64,000 bases of DNA from Thainema sp. (GCA_052168235.1 JBQLZK010000012.1:32001-96000); one strand, 5' to 3'. Counted from the stretch's first letter, positions 19,385 to 29,966 are shown. The notes: generated from the letters alone by a model not told the origin. Numbers and translations are program-made.

Positions 19385-19567
19385 CTAATGCCGCTTTCTA
19401 GCTTTCCAGGTGCCGCCATAGGTGTAATGCGGGTTGTGATGACGGACATCGGGCCAACAGCGATCGCAGATGAATTTCCATTCGCCTGTCTCGTCGATTT
19501 GCACTCGATACAGAATCAACCCTGGCTGATAACAGCGATCGCACATTTTTTCTCGAATTCGTCCCAT
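19385..19567 (-). CDS. Small protein with two CxxC motifs (putative Zn ribbon)
   Basis: CDRC...CDRC, YGGTWK; GAGGTG Shine-Dalgarno upstream. Confidence 0.7.
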   Translation of the reverse strand: MGRIREKMCDRCYQPGLILYRVQIDETGEWKFICDRCWPDVRHHNPHYTYGGTWKARKRH

Positions 19568-19673
19568 GTCTATCACCTCTCAGCACCTCTCAGGGCATTC
19601 CAGTCAGTCTCAGTTAAGCGCGGATGTCATCTCAATCACAGTCTGTGTATTCTAGAAGACTAAGATGAGCATT

Positions 19674-19762
19674 AGACTTTATTGGAAATAAAGTTTTTGG
19701 GGTTGGAAATTGTTTTGTAGCGCGGCGAAGCCGCGCTACAAAACAATTTCCGATAAAGTCTA
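19674..19762. repeat. Palindromic element: perfect 22-bp arms with GAA loop inside outer inverted repeats
   Basis: GGAAATTGTTTTGTAGCGCGGC-gaa-GCCGCGCTACAAAACAATTTCC (19705-19751); outer TAGACTTTATTGGAAAT / ATTTCCGATAAAGTCTA. Confidence 0.85.
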
Positions 19763-19789
19763 TTGATTTGCATTGGCTAAAGATTTGCA

Positions 19790-20509
19790 TTGGGTAAAGA
19801 TGTGAGGCGACATAGCAAGCAGAGACTGGAGCAAACTGTACTGCCACCGTTGGAATCAGCAACGGAACCATCATCAACTTCTTTGATGAAGTCGTTTTGG
19901 CTGATGGTAGGAGCATTTCTATTGAGCTTCGAGATTGCTCGTCTGCTGATGCCCAACCTGCGCGAGACGTTTTGGCTGTCACCAGCAGAGGGACAACTGA
20001 TTGAAGTGCTGGCGATGGTGCTCTATGCCGTTGGCTTTGGTTGGGGGGTGCGATCGCTGTTGCGTTTGCCCAAAGCAGCCCGCTGGCGCTATTTGCCTAT
20101 TCCTATTCTAAGTTTTTTGGGCTTTTGGGATGAGCTGAGCTTTACTGAAAGCGTATTACGGATTCCGGCAATGGACATTTACGGCGTCCGCTTTGATGCA
20201 CTGCACGATGTGCTTGAAATTGCCTATGTCGCGAGCCAGGAATATCGTTGGATTGCCCATAGTGCAGCGGGTCTAGCCCTAGCAGGCTTAGCCTTAATTG
20301 CGCTCAGGCATCGGCAGATCTGGCGCTTTTTAGTTCGCTATCCGGCCTATCGGTTTATTGCGATCGCGGCTGTGCTGTTAATTATCCCTATGATTATTGA
20401 CGTGATGTTTCCGCTCAATGCCGCTGTCAATCATTTTGAGGAACTACTGGAAACGAGCGCAGCACTGGCGTTTGTGTTTGCGGCTGCGAGTTACGGCGTT
20501 CACCGCTAA
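19790..20509 (+). CDS. Hypothetical multi-pass membrane protein (true start may be ATG 19886)
   Basis: About six hydrophobic segments; WDELSF, LHD and FEELLE motifs. Confidence 0.65.
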   Translation: MGKDVRRHSKQRLEQTVLPPLESATEPSSTSLMKSFWLMVGAFLLSFEIARLLMPNLRETFWLSPAEGQLIEVLAMVLYAVGFGWGVRSLLRLPKAARWRYLPIPILSFLGFWDELSFTESVLRIPAMDIYGVRFDALHDVLEIAYVASQEYRWIAHSAAGLALAGLALIALRHRQIWRFLVRYPAYRFIAIAAVLLIIPMIIDVMFPLNAAVNHFEELLETSAALAFVFAAASYGVHR

Positions 20510-20514
20510 TGTTG

Positions 20515-23500
20515 CTACCAAGGGCTACCCACCAAGGTAAAGGCTGACCAGTAAAACGGATGCGATAAATCGGAATTACCGACACTCTCTTGACCCTCCT
20601 GCCTATCGAGCGGTGGCGAAAAGCCGAATTCCTGGGCTTCCTCAATTGTCCTCTCGTCTATCTGCACTTGGCCTTGCAGCATCGCGATCTGGGTTTGGCG
20701 GAGCGCTTCTGCTTTGATGGGTGAGGTTTGCAGCTGATTGTAAAACTCTGTCATTAAAGCCAGTGTTCCCTCGTCGCTGACGTACCAAAGGCTAGCAAGG
20801 GCCGATTTGACTCCCGCCTGGAGCGCTAGCCCTGCAAAACCCAGTTCAGCATCTTCATTGCCAATAGCCGTGCGACAAGCGCTGAGCACCAAGAGTTCAA
20901 CGGGTGGCTCATTTAAGCCCAGTTCTCGGAGTTCACTGAGTTTGAGCCGCTGGTCATTAAACTGAATAAACGAATTGCTGGGATCACCAGGCAGAAATTC
21001 GGCGTGACTGGCAATGTGAATAATGCCAAATGGCGTTATTTGCCGTTCCTTTTTCAAGTTATCGATGGTGAACGCCTCGTCTACTAGCGTTTCACCTGTC
21101 CACGTGTCGCCGATGGCCGCGAGTTCAACGGGGACAGCAGGCAAAGCCGGTAAATCCTTGAATTTATCAGTGCCCATTGCCAATACTTGACTGTTACGCA
21201 CATCTTCATAGCGTGTGTCGATGAGATTCAGGCTCGGCATTAGCCCTAAACTGTACTGCTCAATCAAAAATTGCTGACCATCATATAGGGCTGCGACGGG
21301 TAGCGATCGCAACTTGGAGGGCATGATGAAGGCAATATTTTCAACTTCCTGAGCGACCAAATCAGCTTGTAGTGTGCCGATGATCCACTGATAAAGCTGC
21401 TGAGCAGACTGACGATAAGCCGTGGATTGAATGAGGCGCGGATCGGTCAGTTGAGTTTGTAAATCAACGGCTGCGGCTTCTACCTGTTGACGAGTGATGC
21501 CTGGAACCCGACGGCGCACGGGAGGCTGATTGGCAGTCACCAACAGCAGTTCGAGTTCATCGGTAGGCTGAGGTGCCAGATCGAATGCAATGCCGCGAGA
21601 CTGGTCTGAACGATTTAAATAGTTGGCAATTTCCTGAGAAGCCGTTGCTTCCAACTCCGAAAATCCTGGATTGACTGCTAAGGTTGCGGGCAAATAGTTG
21701 ACATAGATCAGCGCGGGCTCGATGCCCGTTTTGTCGGCGATATCCTGTAAGACTGCTTGAGCTTCATCAATGGTAATCGGCGGTAGCACCTCGCCTCCCG
21801 AAGGATTTTCATCGACATCTAAGGGCGGTTCCCCTCCGCAGAATGGTGGACACACCGGATCTTGAAACGTGATGTCTTCGGGTTCGGGTTTCGGTTCAGG
21901 GTTCGGGTTTGGGTTTGGGTTCGGGTTTGGTTCGGGTATTTCTCCAGTTTGGAAGGTGATGGTAACAGCTGCCGAATCTGCTAAACCATCATTCACAACC
22001 AGCGTGAATGCATCAATCGCCGTTGTGGCTGTCCCAGCAGGCACATAGATTAGCGTTTCGCTCTCGGTGACTGTATCACCTGCTAGCACGGGCGTAACAC
22101 CATCCGCTCGGAAGAGTTCACCGTCCAAAATGCTGTCAATCTGATATGTCAAGTTGTCGGCGTTGCTGTCGCCAGTAGCGGGAGTAAAACTCGCAATCGT
22201 GAACAAGATAGGGGCATTGGTTGGCGAGGACAGACTATTTGTTGTTGTACTGAGATTGGGAGCAATGTTATTAAATGTGATGCTGATGGTGCCATTGGTA
22301 GCCGTTTCTGTTCCCGCATTTGGGAATGTGGCTAGAGGTGCGATCGCATCTGCATTGGTGACGATATCACCTGCGGTTCCATTGGTTGACGCATCACCGA
22401 CTGTAAACGGCACGTTATCCGGGCCACCGTCATGGGTAATGGCAACAGTGCCGCCTGCTGTTGAACCTTCAGCATTAATCGTTCTGCCTAGCAGATCTTG
22501 CCCTGTCCCTTGTACCGTGCCGTCACTTGCGGTAACGGTAACGTTATTGGCGATGCCAGGGCCAGCAAGAGAGCTTGCGCTGGTATCAATCCGAGTAAAT
22601 TGAATGTTGCTTTGCCCCGGCGTTGCGCCAGCGATTAGTTGCACTTCTCCTGCCTGAGCGGTTGACGCTGGAGTTGTTGCGGTCGCGATCACATTGGCTG
22701 CTGTAATACTTTGTCCGGCTTGGACAGTGATGTCACCTGCGATCGCATTCAAAGTAGACTCAACACCTGGTACAAAACCAGGATTCATTTCAGCGGATGT
22801 ATCCAAGTCACCAACCGTAACCGAACCCGCCGATGAAATAATTTGAATCTCTCCACCCTGGGAAAAAATGCCAAAGTCGATTTGAGGATCTGAGACCACC
22901 AGTGTTGTGATTGCTCCATTCGCCGTGATGTCACCACTGGCCTGTAGGGTTACGTCTCCACCTTCGCCGCCATAGGCATTTAAGGAAGAAGTATCAATGG
23001 CAGCCACTTCGATTGCGCCGCTTGGGGCCAGAATCGTAACATCACCGCTGGTATCTGGCCCAAACTCCGAATCGGTGCCAGTGAGAATGGTGCCGCCGAT
23101 GTCTACATTTCCGCGCGCATCGACCACCACATCACCACCATATCCACCAAACGGCGATGATGTATCGATGGTGCCGCCAACGGTGATATTACCGCCAGCG
23201 ACGGCATTGGGGGCATATTGAGTCGTTAAGAAAACCTCAGTGAGATTATTGGGGCTAAACGGAGCAACCTGAATATTGCCGCCAATCGTGATGTTGGCTG
23301 CTGTTGGTGCAGCGGTTAGGACAGGATTCCCAGGCGTAAAGCCGGAACCGGGTGGTGGAATAAGGGGCGCACCTCCTATTGCTGTTGTACCAGCCCGAAT
23401 ATCCAGTGTTGGCACACTGGCACCATCAATGTTAATTGCCGTGCCGTTGGACAAGCCAATATTGTTTTCAGTAATTGAATCGACTGCATCCGGTGCATTA

Positions 23501-25635
23501 ATGGTGATGTTGCCTGTAACTGTGACGCTTCCACCCGCAAATATATGCAGGGAAGCTCCAGTGTAGCTATCAAACGAGACGTTACCTGCCGAGCGAACAA
23601 CCGGATCATAGGGGCTGAACCAACTGCCCTCGCTGCCATCTAGCGTTTCAATTTGGAAGTTGCCGCCTGACCAGTAATGAGCGTCGCCACCAACGGTATT
23701 GGCCGATCGCAAAGTTAAATCATTACCTGCAACGAGGCCACTTTGGTCATGATTAAGGGCAAAAATATCGATTTGCTGATTGCCCTGAACGGTTAAGTCA
23801 TTGCCTGCCGAGAGTAAAACCGGATTGTCTACCGTATCGCGAATCTGTACCGTATCGCCAGCTTGCAGCGTCAGATTGCCTGTCGTAACAACGGTACTTT
23901 CCGGCAAAAATAGGCTTTGTTGGGCAGAGAACAAGGCGCGATCGCTGTTGGCCGATTGCACCATCACATCACCTGCATTAACTGAGGAGCCACTAGCGGC
24001 CAGGACAACTTGACCCTCGCTGGTGATTTGAATCTGATCGGCATCCGCAAACTGTCCAGTTAGCAACTCTGGCAGGGAGAGAACGGGTAACGTCCAGGTA
24101 TTATCTGCGCTGGGAGAACTGGTGAGAGGCTGAACTTCTAAACTGAGTAAGTTTCCGGGCTGGCTAATTTGGACTAGGCTTTCACCCGGTACGGCGGCAA
24201 CGGTTAGCGCTCCATTGGGGGCTGATAGCTTTCCGGTGCTGACGACAGAACCACCGAGAAGCGTTAGTGAGCCATTCGTTACCGTTAAATTGCCGAGATT
24301 TGCGATCGCACCTGGTTCTGCCACTGTAAAACGATAGCCATTCGGTTCACCCACCAAGCTGCTGTAGTCATTGGTGCCAATCGCATTCCACCAGCCGTTG
24401 CCAAACCGTAGGCCATCTGCGGTGGAGACAGTTAGCGAACCAGGCAAATCGAGCCTTGCATTGGCTCCAAATAAAATGCCGCTGGGATTAATCAAATACA
24501 AATTGGCGTTGCTACCCGTAAGCTGAAGCAAACCATTGATCACCGACGCATCGCCGCCCATAATTCGGCCCAAAACGTTCATCGTTTCGGGTGGAGCAAT
24601 GAAGTTCGCGCTTTCGTTGGACTCTAGGCCAAACCGATCAAAGCTGTGGAACAGGTTAGCGCCATCGCTGGAAGATGAGCCGCCCGTGATTTGATACTGA
24701 CTGCCACTGGGTGAAACGATCGTGCCCGTACCATCAGCAGCGGGTGTGATGGACTGTGCGATGAGGTTGGTGTCAGAAGTTAGTCCCACTGGATTGAGCG
24801 TATTGCCCCAGGTTGGGGTTGCCCAGCCGAGCCAAGGAAGTGCGATCGCAGCTACAGCCGAAGCCGCAACGGGTAATGCACGGCGGCGTAATCTAGCAGG
24901 TTGATTAACCCGATCAACGATGAGCCGCTGTCGTCGATTCAGCGCTTGTTCCACCGCACAAAAGGCCCAGTGGGTTTGCTCAGCGGCTTTGCGATGGGAA
25001 TTATTGGCCGCGTAATACCGATAGAAATAGAGCGGCTTTTTCAGCGGATAAACATCTGTCACTTCCGACAGCCGCAAACAGAGGTCGTAATCGTAAGCGT
25101 AGGGAAAGGCGAGGTGAATGCCGCCAATTTGGTCATATACCGAGCGGCGCAGCAGCCGGAAGTGGAAGGTGATGAACTTGTGCAGCAGGGCTTCTCGCGA
25201 ATAGGGAATCTGGCAGCGAGAGCCGAGTCCGGTCACTTGACTCTCGGCGTCCATCACTAAATAGTCGGTGTAGACCATGCCGACGCGGGGATGGGATTCT
25301 AGGACGGCTACCGTTTCGGCCAATGCGGTCGGTGCCAGGATGTCGTCGCTGTCTACCCAGCCGAGGTAGCGTCCAGTTAACTGTGCGATCGCAGCCGTGC
25401 GGGAGCGAGGAATACCCTGGTGTGGTGCGGCGATTACCCGAATTCGCTGATCCTGTGCTGCAAACTGCTGGGCAATCTCGACGGAGCGATCGGTTGAGCC
25501 ATCGTCCCAAATAATCAGCTCAAAATCGGTAAACGTCTGAGCTAACACACTTTTAATTGCCGTTGCCAAGTAGCGATCGCGGTTGCGATTCGTAATCAGC
25601 AGCGAAACAAGTGGTGAGACAGGAGCAGTCGTCAT
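20515..25635 (-). CDS. Fusion of a GT2 glycosyltransferase, a filamentous-haemagglutinin (TPS) domain, beta-helical repeats and a CHAT caspase-like protease
   Basis: N-term DDGSTD/WVDSDD/DYDLCLRLSE; NLFHSF..., LINPSGILFG; PNPNPN linker; CHAT dyad HIASHAEF and LSACRTA; ends HPFYWSAFTLVGSPW. Confidence 0.88.
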   Translation of the reverse strand: MTTAPVSPLVSLLITNRNRDRYLATAIKSVLAQTFTDFELIIWDDGSTDRSVEIAQQFAAQDQRIRVIAAPHQGIPRSRTAAIAQLTGRYLGWVDSDDILAPTALAETVAVLESHPRVGMVYTDYLVMDAESQVTGLGSRCQIPYSREALLHKFITFHFRLLRRSVYDQIGGIHLAFPYAYDYDLCLRLSEVTDVYPLKKPLYFYRYYAANNSHRKAAEQTHWAFCAVEQALNRRQRLIVDRVNQPARLRRRALPVAASAVAAIALPWLGWATPTWGNTLNPVGLTSDTNLIAQSITPAADGTGTIVSPSGSQYQITGGSSSSDGANLFHSFDRFGLESNESANFIAPPETMNVLGRIMGGDASVINGLLQLTGSNANLYLINPSGILFGANARLDLPGSLTVSTADGLRFGNGWWNAIGTNDYSSLVGEPNGYRFTVAEPGAIANLGNLTVTNGSLTLLGGSVVSTGKLSAPNGALTVAAVPGESLVQISQPGNLLSLEVQPLTSSPSADNTWTLPVLSLPELLTGQFADADQIQITSEGQVVLAASGSSVNAGDVMVQSANSDRALFSAQQSLFLPESTVVTTGNLTLQAGDTVQIRDTVDNPVLLSAGNDLTVQGNQQIDIFALNHDQSGLVAGNDLTLRSANTVGGDAHYWSGGNFQIETLDGSEGSWFSPYDPVVRSAGNVSFDSYTGASLHIFAGGSVTVTGNITINAPDAVDSITENNIGLSNGTAINIDGASVPTLDIRAGTTAIGGAPLIPPPGSGFTPGNPVLTAAPTAANITIGGNIQVAPFSPNNLTEVFLTTQYAPNAVAGGNITVGGTIDTSSPFGGYGGDVVVDARGNVDIGGTILTGTDSEFGPDTSGDVTILAPSGAIEVAAIDTSSLNAYGGEGGDVTLQASGDITANGAITTLVVSDPQIDFGIFSQGGEIQIISSAGSVTVGDLDTSAEMNPGFVPGVESTLNAIAGDITVQAGQSITAANVIATATTPASTAQAGEVQLIAGATPGQSNIQFTRIDTSASSLAGPGIANNVTVTASDGTVQGTGQDLLGRTINAEGSTAGGTVAITHDGGPDNVPFTVGDASTNGTAGDIVTNADAIAPLATFPNAGTETATNGTISITFNNIAPNLSTTTNSLSSPTNAPILFTIASFTPATGDSNADNLTYQIDSILDGELFRADGVTPVLAGDTVTESETLIYVPAGTATTAIDAFTLVVNDGLADSAAVTITFQTGEIPEPNPNPNPNPNPEPKPEPEDITFQDPVCPPFCGGEPPLDVDENPSGGEVLPPITIDEAQAVLQDIADKTGIEPALIYVNYLPATLAVNPGFSELEATASQEIANYLNRSDQSRGIAFDLAPQPTDELELLLVTANQPPVRRRVPGITRQQVEAAAVDLQTQLTDPRLIQSTAYRQSAQQLYQWIIGTLQADLVAQEVENIAFIMPSKLRSLPVAALYDGQQFLIEQYSLGLMPSLNLIDTRYEDVRNSQVLAMGTDKFKDLPALPAVPVELAAIGDTWTGETLVDEAFTIDNLKKERQITPFGIIHIASHAEFLPGDPSNSFIQFNDQRLKLSELRELGLNEPPVELLVLSACRTAIGNEDAELGFAGLALQAGVKSALASLWYVSDEGTLALMTEFYNQLQTSPIKAEALRQTQIAMLQGQVQIDERTIEEAQEFGFSPPLDRQEGQESVGNSDLSHPFYWSAFTLVGSPW

Positions 25636-25894
25636 AACCAGGAAACCACGAAAGATCAGCTGAGTATTCTAACGCTACGCGATTCGACTCTTCGCATCAG
25701 GAAATTGCAAGAAAATTTAGGGGATAGGCAGCCACCTAGGCGCGCCACCAGTGGCACACTTGCCAAATCATCCTACGCACGGCTACGACACTCGATTCAA
25801 TCCTGATACGCTAAACTCAGGCTTTAATGCATTTTCGTTATCAGCCTAAATACATCGGTCATTAGCAACCATCTCAGAGTGTTTCGATTTGCCC

Positions 25895-26854
25895 ATGAAG
25901 TCCTTATTTTTCAGCGTTGTCATTCCCACCTATAACCGCAAGCCAATTCTGGAAAAGTGCTTAAGGGCGATGGAGCAGCAGGAGATCCCCGCCAATAGCG
26001 CGATCGCAGAGTACGAAATTATCGTGGTTGATGATGGGTCAACGGACGGGACGGTGGCGTGGCTGACGGAATCCGCATCGGAGTTTCCCCATGTGCGCCT
26101 GTTTCAGCAGGAACACCTTGGCCCGTCTGCGGCTCGCAATTTGGGGGTTGAAGCGGCTCAGGGTGACACGATTATCTTTATCGACAGTGATTTAGTTGTA
26201 ACCGAATGCTTTTTGCAGTCCCATGCCGATGCGCTCCAGCAGGGGTACGCTCAACTTGGTTGCGATCGCTGTTTCACCTATGGCGCGGTGATCAATACCT
26301 GCAATTTTGACAATCCAACTGCTGAACCTTATAAGGTAACTGACTTTTCAGCCGCCTACTTTGCGACGGGTAATGTTGCGATCGCAAAACACTGGCTAGA
26401 GGAAGCGGGACTGTTTGATACCGGATTTCAGCTCTATGGCTGGGAAGATTTGGAGCTGGGCGTGCGGCTGAAAAAGCTGGGGCTAAAGCTGATCAAGTGC
26501 CCCGCCGCTGTTGGCTATCACTGGCATCCCCCGTTTAAGCTAGCGGATATTCCTAATTTGATTGATAAGGAAATTCAGCGCGGTCGGATGGGCGTTTTGT
26601 TCTATCAAAAGCACCCCACCTGGAACGTCCGCATGATGATTCAAATGACTTGGCTGCATCGAGTGCTGTGGGGGTTGCTCTCGCTCGGTGGACGGCTAAA
26701 TGAACGGACAATGGCCCCACTTTTGCAATGGCTGATTAATAGTGGTCGGCCTCAGCTTGCCCTAGAACTAGCACGGGTATTTCTCAACTGGTACAACGTT
26801 CGGGGTGTCTATGCGGCCTATGCAGAAATGCAGCAGAGTCCAGTAAATAAATAA
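25895..26854 (+). CDS. Glycosyltransferase family 2
   Basis: SVVIPTYNR, VDDGSTD, ARNLG, FIDSD, YGWEDLELG. Confidence 0.92.
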   Translation: MKSLFFSVVIPTYNRKPILEKCLRAMEQQEIPANSAIAEYEIIVVDDGSTDGTVAWLTESASEFPHVRLFQQEHLGPSAARNLGVEAAQGDTIIFIDSDLVVTECFLQSHADALQQGYAQLGCDRCFTYGAVINTCNFDNPTAEPYKVTDFSAAYFATGNVAIAKHWLEEAGLFDTGFQLYGWEDLELGVRLKKLGLKLIKCPAAVGYHWHPPFKLADIPNLIDKEIQRGRMGVLFYQKHPTWNVRMMIQMTWLHRVLWGLLSLGGRLNERTMAPLLQWLINSGRPQLALELARVFLNWYNVRGVYAAYAEMQQSPVNK

Positions 26855-26898
26855 CAACAAGCCGTCGCCTGGCTACCAGGCGACGGCTTGTTGTTATT
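26850..26898. terminator. Perfect 23-bp-arm hairpin (CTA loop) between convergent genes, likely bidirectional terminator
   Basis: AATAACAACAAGCCGTCGCCTGG-cta-CCAGGCGACGGCTTGTTGTTATT. Confidence 0.75.
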
Positions 26899-26907
26899 GT
26901 TCATTGA

Positions 26908-28188
26908 TTAAGCGCTAATCGTAGACTTGTACATTGCTTCGCGGGTGGCGACCATACCCTGGACGAGGCGATCCATTTCCTCGCGGGTGTGGAGCGCATT
27001 CGCAGTCACGCGGATGCGGGGCTTGGCAATGAACCAGATGGGAGAAACCCAGATGCCGTGCGTGTCCATTAGCTGGCGAGCAAAAACCTTAGGATTAATA
27101 TCCACAGGTAGCAGAATGGGTAACACATTGGTTTCACCAATGACTTCGAAATCATTGGCCGCAAGCTGCGATCGCAGATAGCGAGTATTTTCCTGCAGGC
27201 GCTGCACCAGTTCCGGGGACTGACGCACGCGGCGAATGCTCTGGAGGGCGGCTGCCGTTAGCGGTGGCGCGAGAGAAATCGTGCCAATCGACGTAGGCGA
27301 TACGTTCAATAGCGGCTTTAGCTCAGCGGTAGCGGAACTAATCGCAGCCCCAGCAGACGCGGCAAACTTCGAGAATGTGGTCATGATGATTGGCTCAACG
27401 CCGCGATCTAGCGCATATTGAGGCGTGATGCCAAAGTGCTCATAAACACCGCGTCCAGTTGCACCAATGGCTCCACTAGCATGGGCTTCATCCATCACTA
27501 AAGTTGTATCCTCATAGGCCGAGAGGATATCAATCATCTCCGGCAGGGGCACAACGTCCCCATCCATTGAGAACACAGCGTCAGAAATCACCAAAATGCG
27601 ATCGCCCGGGCGGGCATAACGCTTCAGCTTGCGGGCCAAATCTTCCATATCGCAGTGGCGGTAGGCCCGCACCCGTACCCGTGGGCTATGGCCAAATAGC
27701 TTGCCAGAGCGTGTACCTGCGTTTGTAACAGCGGAAATAATGCAACCGTGGTTGAGCACATCCGTCAAAATCAGCGTTTCGCGGGTGTGCTGAAATCCCG
27801 GCACGGGAATGGCTAAATGACAATAGGCATCCATCAGCGCCTGTAGCGCCATCCACGCATTCAAAAATAGCTGCGTGTGCGGTAAATGCTTAAAGTCCGA
27901 AATTTCATCTTCGAGTTGGCGATGGAGATCGATGCGACCGCTCAAGACAGAGCAAGAGCTATTGGATGTCCCGTAGTGCTGAATCGAATCAATTGCAGCT
28001 TGCTGAACGGATTTGTCTTGAACTAACCCGAGGACATCGTTGGTGCAGAAGGTCAGCACGCGACGCCGGATGCCAGTGGCAGATTCCTCAATATCGACGA
28101 TGTTGCCATGTTTGGCATGACAAATGTATTCGTCCGGATCAAGGCCACTTTGATACCACTTTTGGACGTATTCTTTAACAACTTGCAC
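26908..28188 (-). CDS. PLP-dependent alpha-oxoamine synthase family protein (BioF/Kbl/SPT/CqsA-like)
   Basis: NDVLGL, DVLNHGCI, YRHCD, DAVFSMDGD, DEAHASG, TFSK (PLP Lys), RIRVT. Confidence 0.85.
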   Translation of the reverse strand: MQVVKEYVQKWYQSGLDPDEYICHAKHGNIVDIEESATGIRRRVLTFCTNDVLGLVQDKSVQQAAIDSIQHYGTSNSSCSVLSGRIDLHRQLEDEISDFKHLPHTQLFLNAWMALQALMDAYCHLAIPVPGFQHTRETLILTDVLNHGCIISAVTNAGTRSGKLFGHSPRVRVRAYRHCDMEDLARKLKRYARPGDRILVISDAVFSMDGDVVPLPEMIDILSAYEDTTLVMDEAHASGAIGATGRGVYEHFGITPQYALDRGVEPIIMTTFSKFAASAGAAISSATAELKPLLNVSPTSIGTISLAPPLTAAALQSIRRVRQSPELVQRLQENTRYLRSQLAANDFEVIGETNVLPILLPVDINPKVFARQLMDTHGIWVSPIWFIAKPRIRVTANALHTREEMDRLVQGMVATREAMYKSTISA

Positions 28189-28966
28189 AGCTCACTCCTC
28201 TCACCTAGTTCCTCAATCGCCAAGCTCTGTGTTTCATGAAATCCAAATCGTTTCAATGTAATGAGATCGCTCGGTATTCTGCTCTAACGTATCGGATGAT
28301 ATCCCGCTTGGATCAGGGTGATCCTACAGATTTTTAACTGGCACACCACTTATCCAAAGGCACATGCTACAAAGCAGCTTGCTATAGAATGCCCCTTATT
28401 TCCTAGAGGGGTAGAACCCTGTCAGAGTAAGCACCAATTATAGAACCGGACGATTGTATCAATCCTTTCTGGCTTCTTTACAAATGTCAACTATTGCTAA
28501 GCATACGCTGATTTCGACCGATAGGCTATAAAACGCTCGAATCTAGCGGGATTAGGGGATTTACGTGCTCTGGAGCTGAGCTTGACGACCTGTCGCATTT
28601 ATTTCTTAAGGCACAGTTATCGTTTAGCTCCAAAAAATTATTGGGCAGTAGTCTGTCAACTTTATTTTGCTGAGTTTGATGGCTGGTGTGCTGAACGAAG
28701 CGCAGCCCATCAGCCTGAATATAACAGCGGTAATTTAGGTCGTGATTTTTGAGGATACCAATCCGTGTTCTTGGAACATATCCAAGTCCAAGGGTTGTGG
28801 ATTAAATGGCCTGTAAACCCTTCCATCCTTGGGGGCATGGCATTATGTGTCGCTGCCACAAAGACTTCACCTGATTAAATCCGCGTTCCTGAGTGGATTG
28901 CCTTTAGAGATAAAGTGTCTAATATGAATGTGAACGGCGCGATTGAGGAAGTACGGGGGAAATACT

Positions 28967-29962
28967 ATGTCATCTGATCCAGCCACATCTACGCCACCTG
29001 TTGACCCCAACCGCACAGGCCGTCAATCTTCGGTTGAGACGCAGTATTACACCTGGCGTGGCCATCATTGTGCCTATGATGTGCTCACCCGAGATCGCAC
29101 CTTAAATAATCCGAGTATTTCCGACGCGTCCGATTCCGATCAACCCGCTATTCTGCTGCTCCATCCGATCGGTGTTGGCTTATCGCGCCAGTTTTGGCAG
29201 CGGTTTGCCGAGGCTTGGTTTGAGGCTGGAGAAACCGCTCCTCTATATAATCCCGACTTATTGGGCAATGGTGAGAGCGGCATGCCCCATGTGGCTTACT
29301 ATCCAGCCGACTGGGCCGAACAGCTAGAGTACTTTATCCAAACGGTGATTCGCCGCCCCGTTATTTTGATTTCCCAAGGGGCGCTGTTTCCAGTTGCGAT
29401 CGCGCTGACTCAGCGATCCAACAGCCTAGAACTTATCCAAGGCTTAATTCTGGCTGGCCCTCCGGCCTGGTCAATCATGACTACTCCCTCACCCACATGG
29501 CAAAATCGCCTGCTGTGGAGTCTATTCGATTCTCCCCTGGGTCAGGCGTTCTATCGCTATGCCCGCCGCGAAGATTTTTTGCGCTCCTTTTCAATTAAGC
29601 AGCTTTTTGATGATGCCGCCGATGTCGATGCTGAGTGGCTCAACATGCTGCAAGCGGGTGCTACCGACCCAGCCAGCCGTCATGCTGTCTTTTCCTTCCT
29701 AGCAGGCTTTTGGCGGCGAGACTACACGGAAGCGATGCAGCGGATTCCGCAGCCAACGCTAGTTGTCTTTGGTGAAACAGCCTCTAGTATTAGTCGCTCG
29801 GGTAAAAACGAATCGCCACAAGATCGAATGACGGATTATCTCAAGCATTTACCCCATGTAGAAGGACGATTTATGTCAGGGCGCAATGTGCTGCCTTATG
29901 AGCGGCCAGTTGAATTTGTGCAAACGATATCATCCTTCGTTCACCAGCTTGCTCAAGCCTAG
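28967..29962 (+). CDS. Alpha/beta-hydrolase-fold protein with degenerate catalytic residues
   Basis: LLLHPIG, PDLLGNGES; elbow reads SQGAL; the usual GH position reads GRN. Confidence 0.8.
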   Translation: MSSDPATSTPPVDPNRTGRQSSVETQYYTWRGHHCAYDVLTRDRTLNNPSISDASDSDQPAILLLHPIGVGLSRQFWQRFAEAWFEAGETAPLYNPDLLGNGESGMPHVAYYPADWAEQLEYFIQTVIRRPVILISQGALFPVAIALTQRSNSLELIQGLILAGPPAWSIMTTPSPTWQNRLLWSLFDSPLGQAFYRYARREDFLRSFSIKQLFDDAADVDAEWLNMLQAGATDPASRHAVFSFLAGFWRRDYTEAMQRIPQPTLVVFGETASSISRSGKNESPQDRMTDYLKHLPHVEGRFMSGRNVLPYERPVEFVQTISSFVHQLAQA

Positions 29963-29966
29963 ATGT

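Noticed and set aside
19385..19567. Both CDRC motifs coincide with HIP1 sites, suggesting an artefactual ORF
   Set aside because: HIP1 naturally encodes CDR; the RBS and protein-like sequence support a real gene
22154..24904. Several plus-strand ORFs inside the CHAT fusion gene
   Set aside because: Antisense shadows of the repetitive passenger domain
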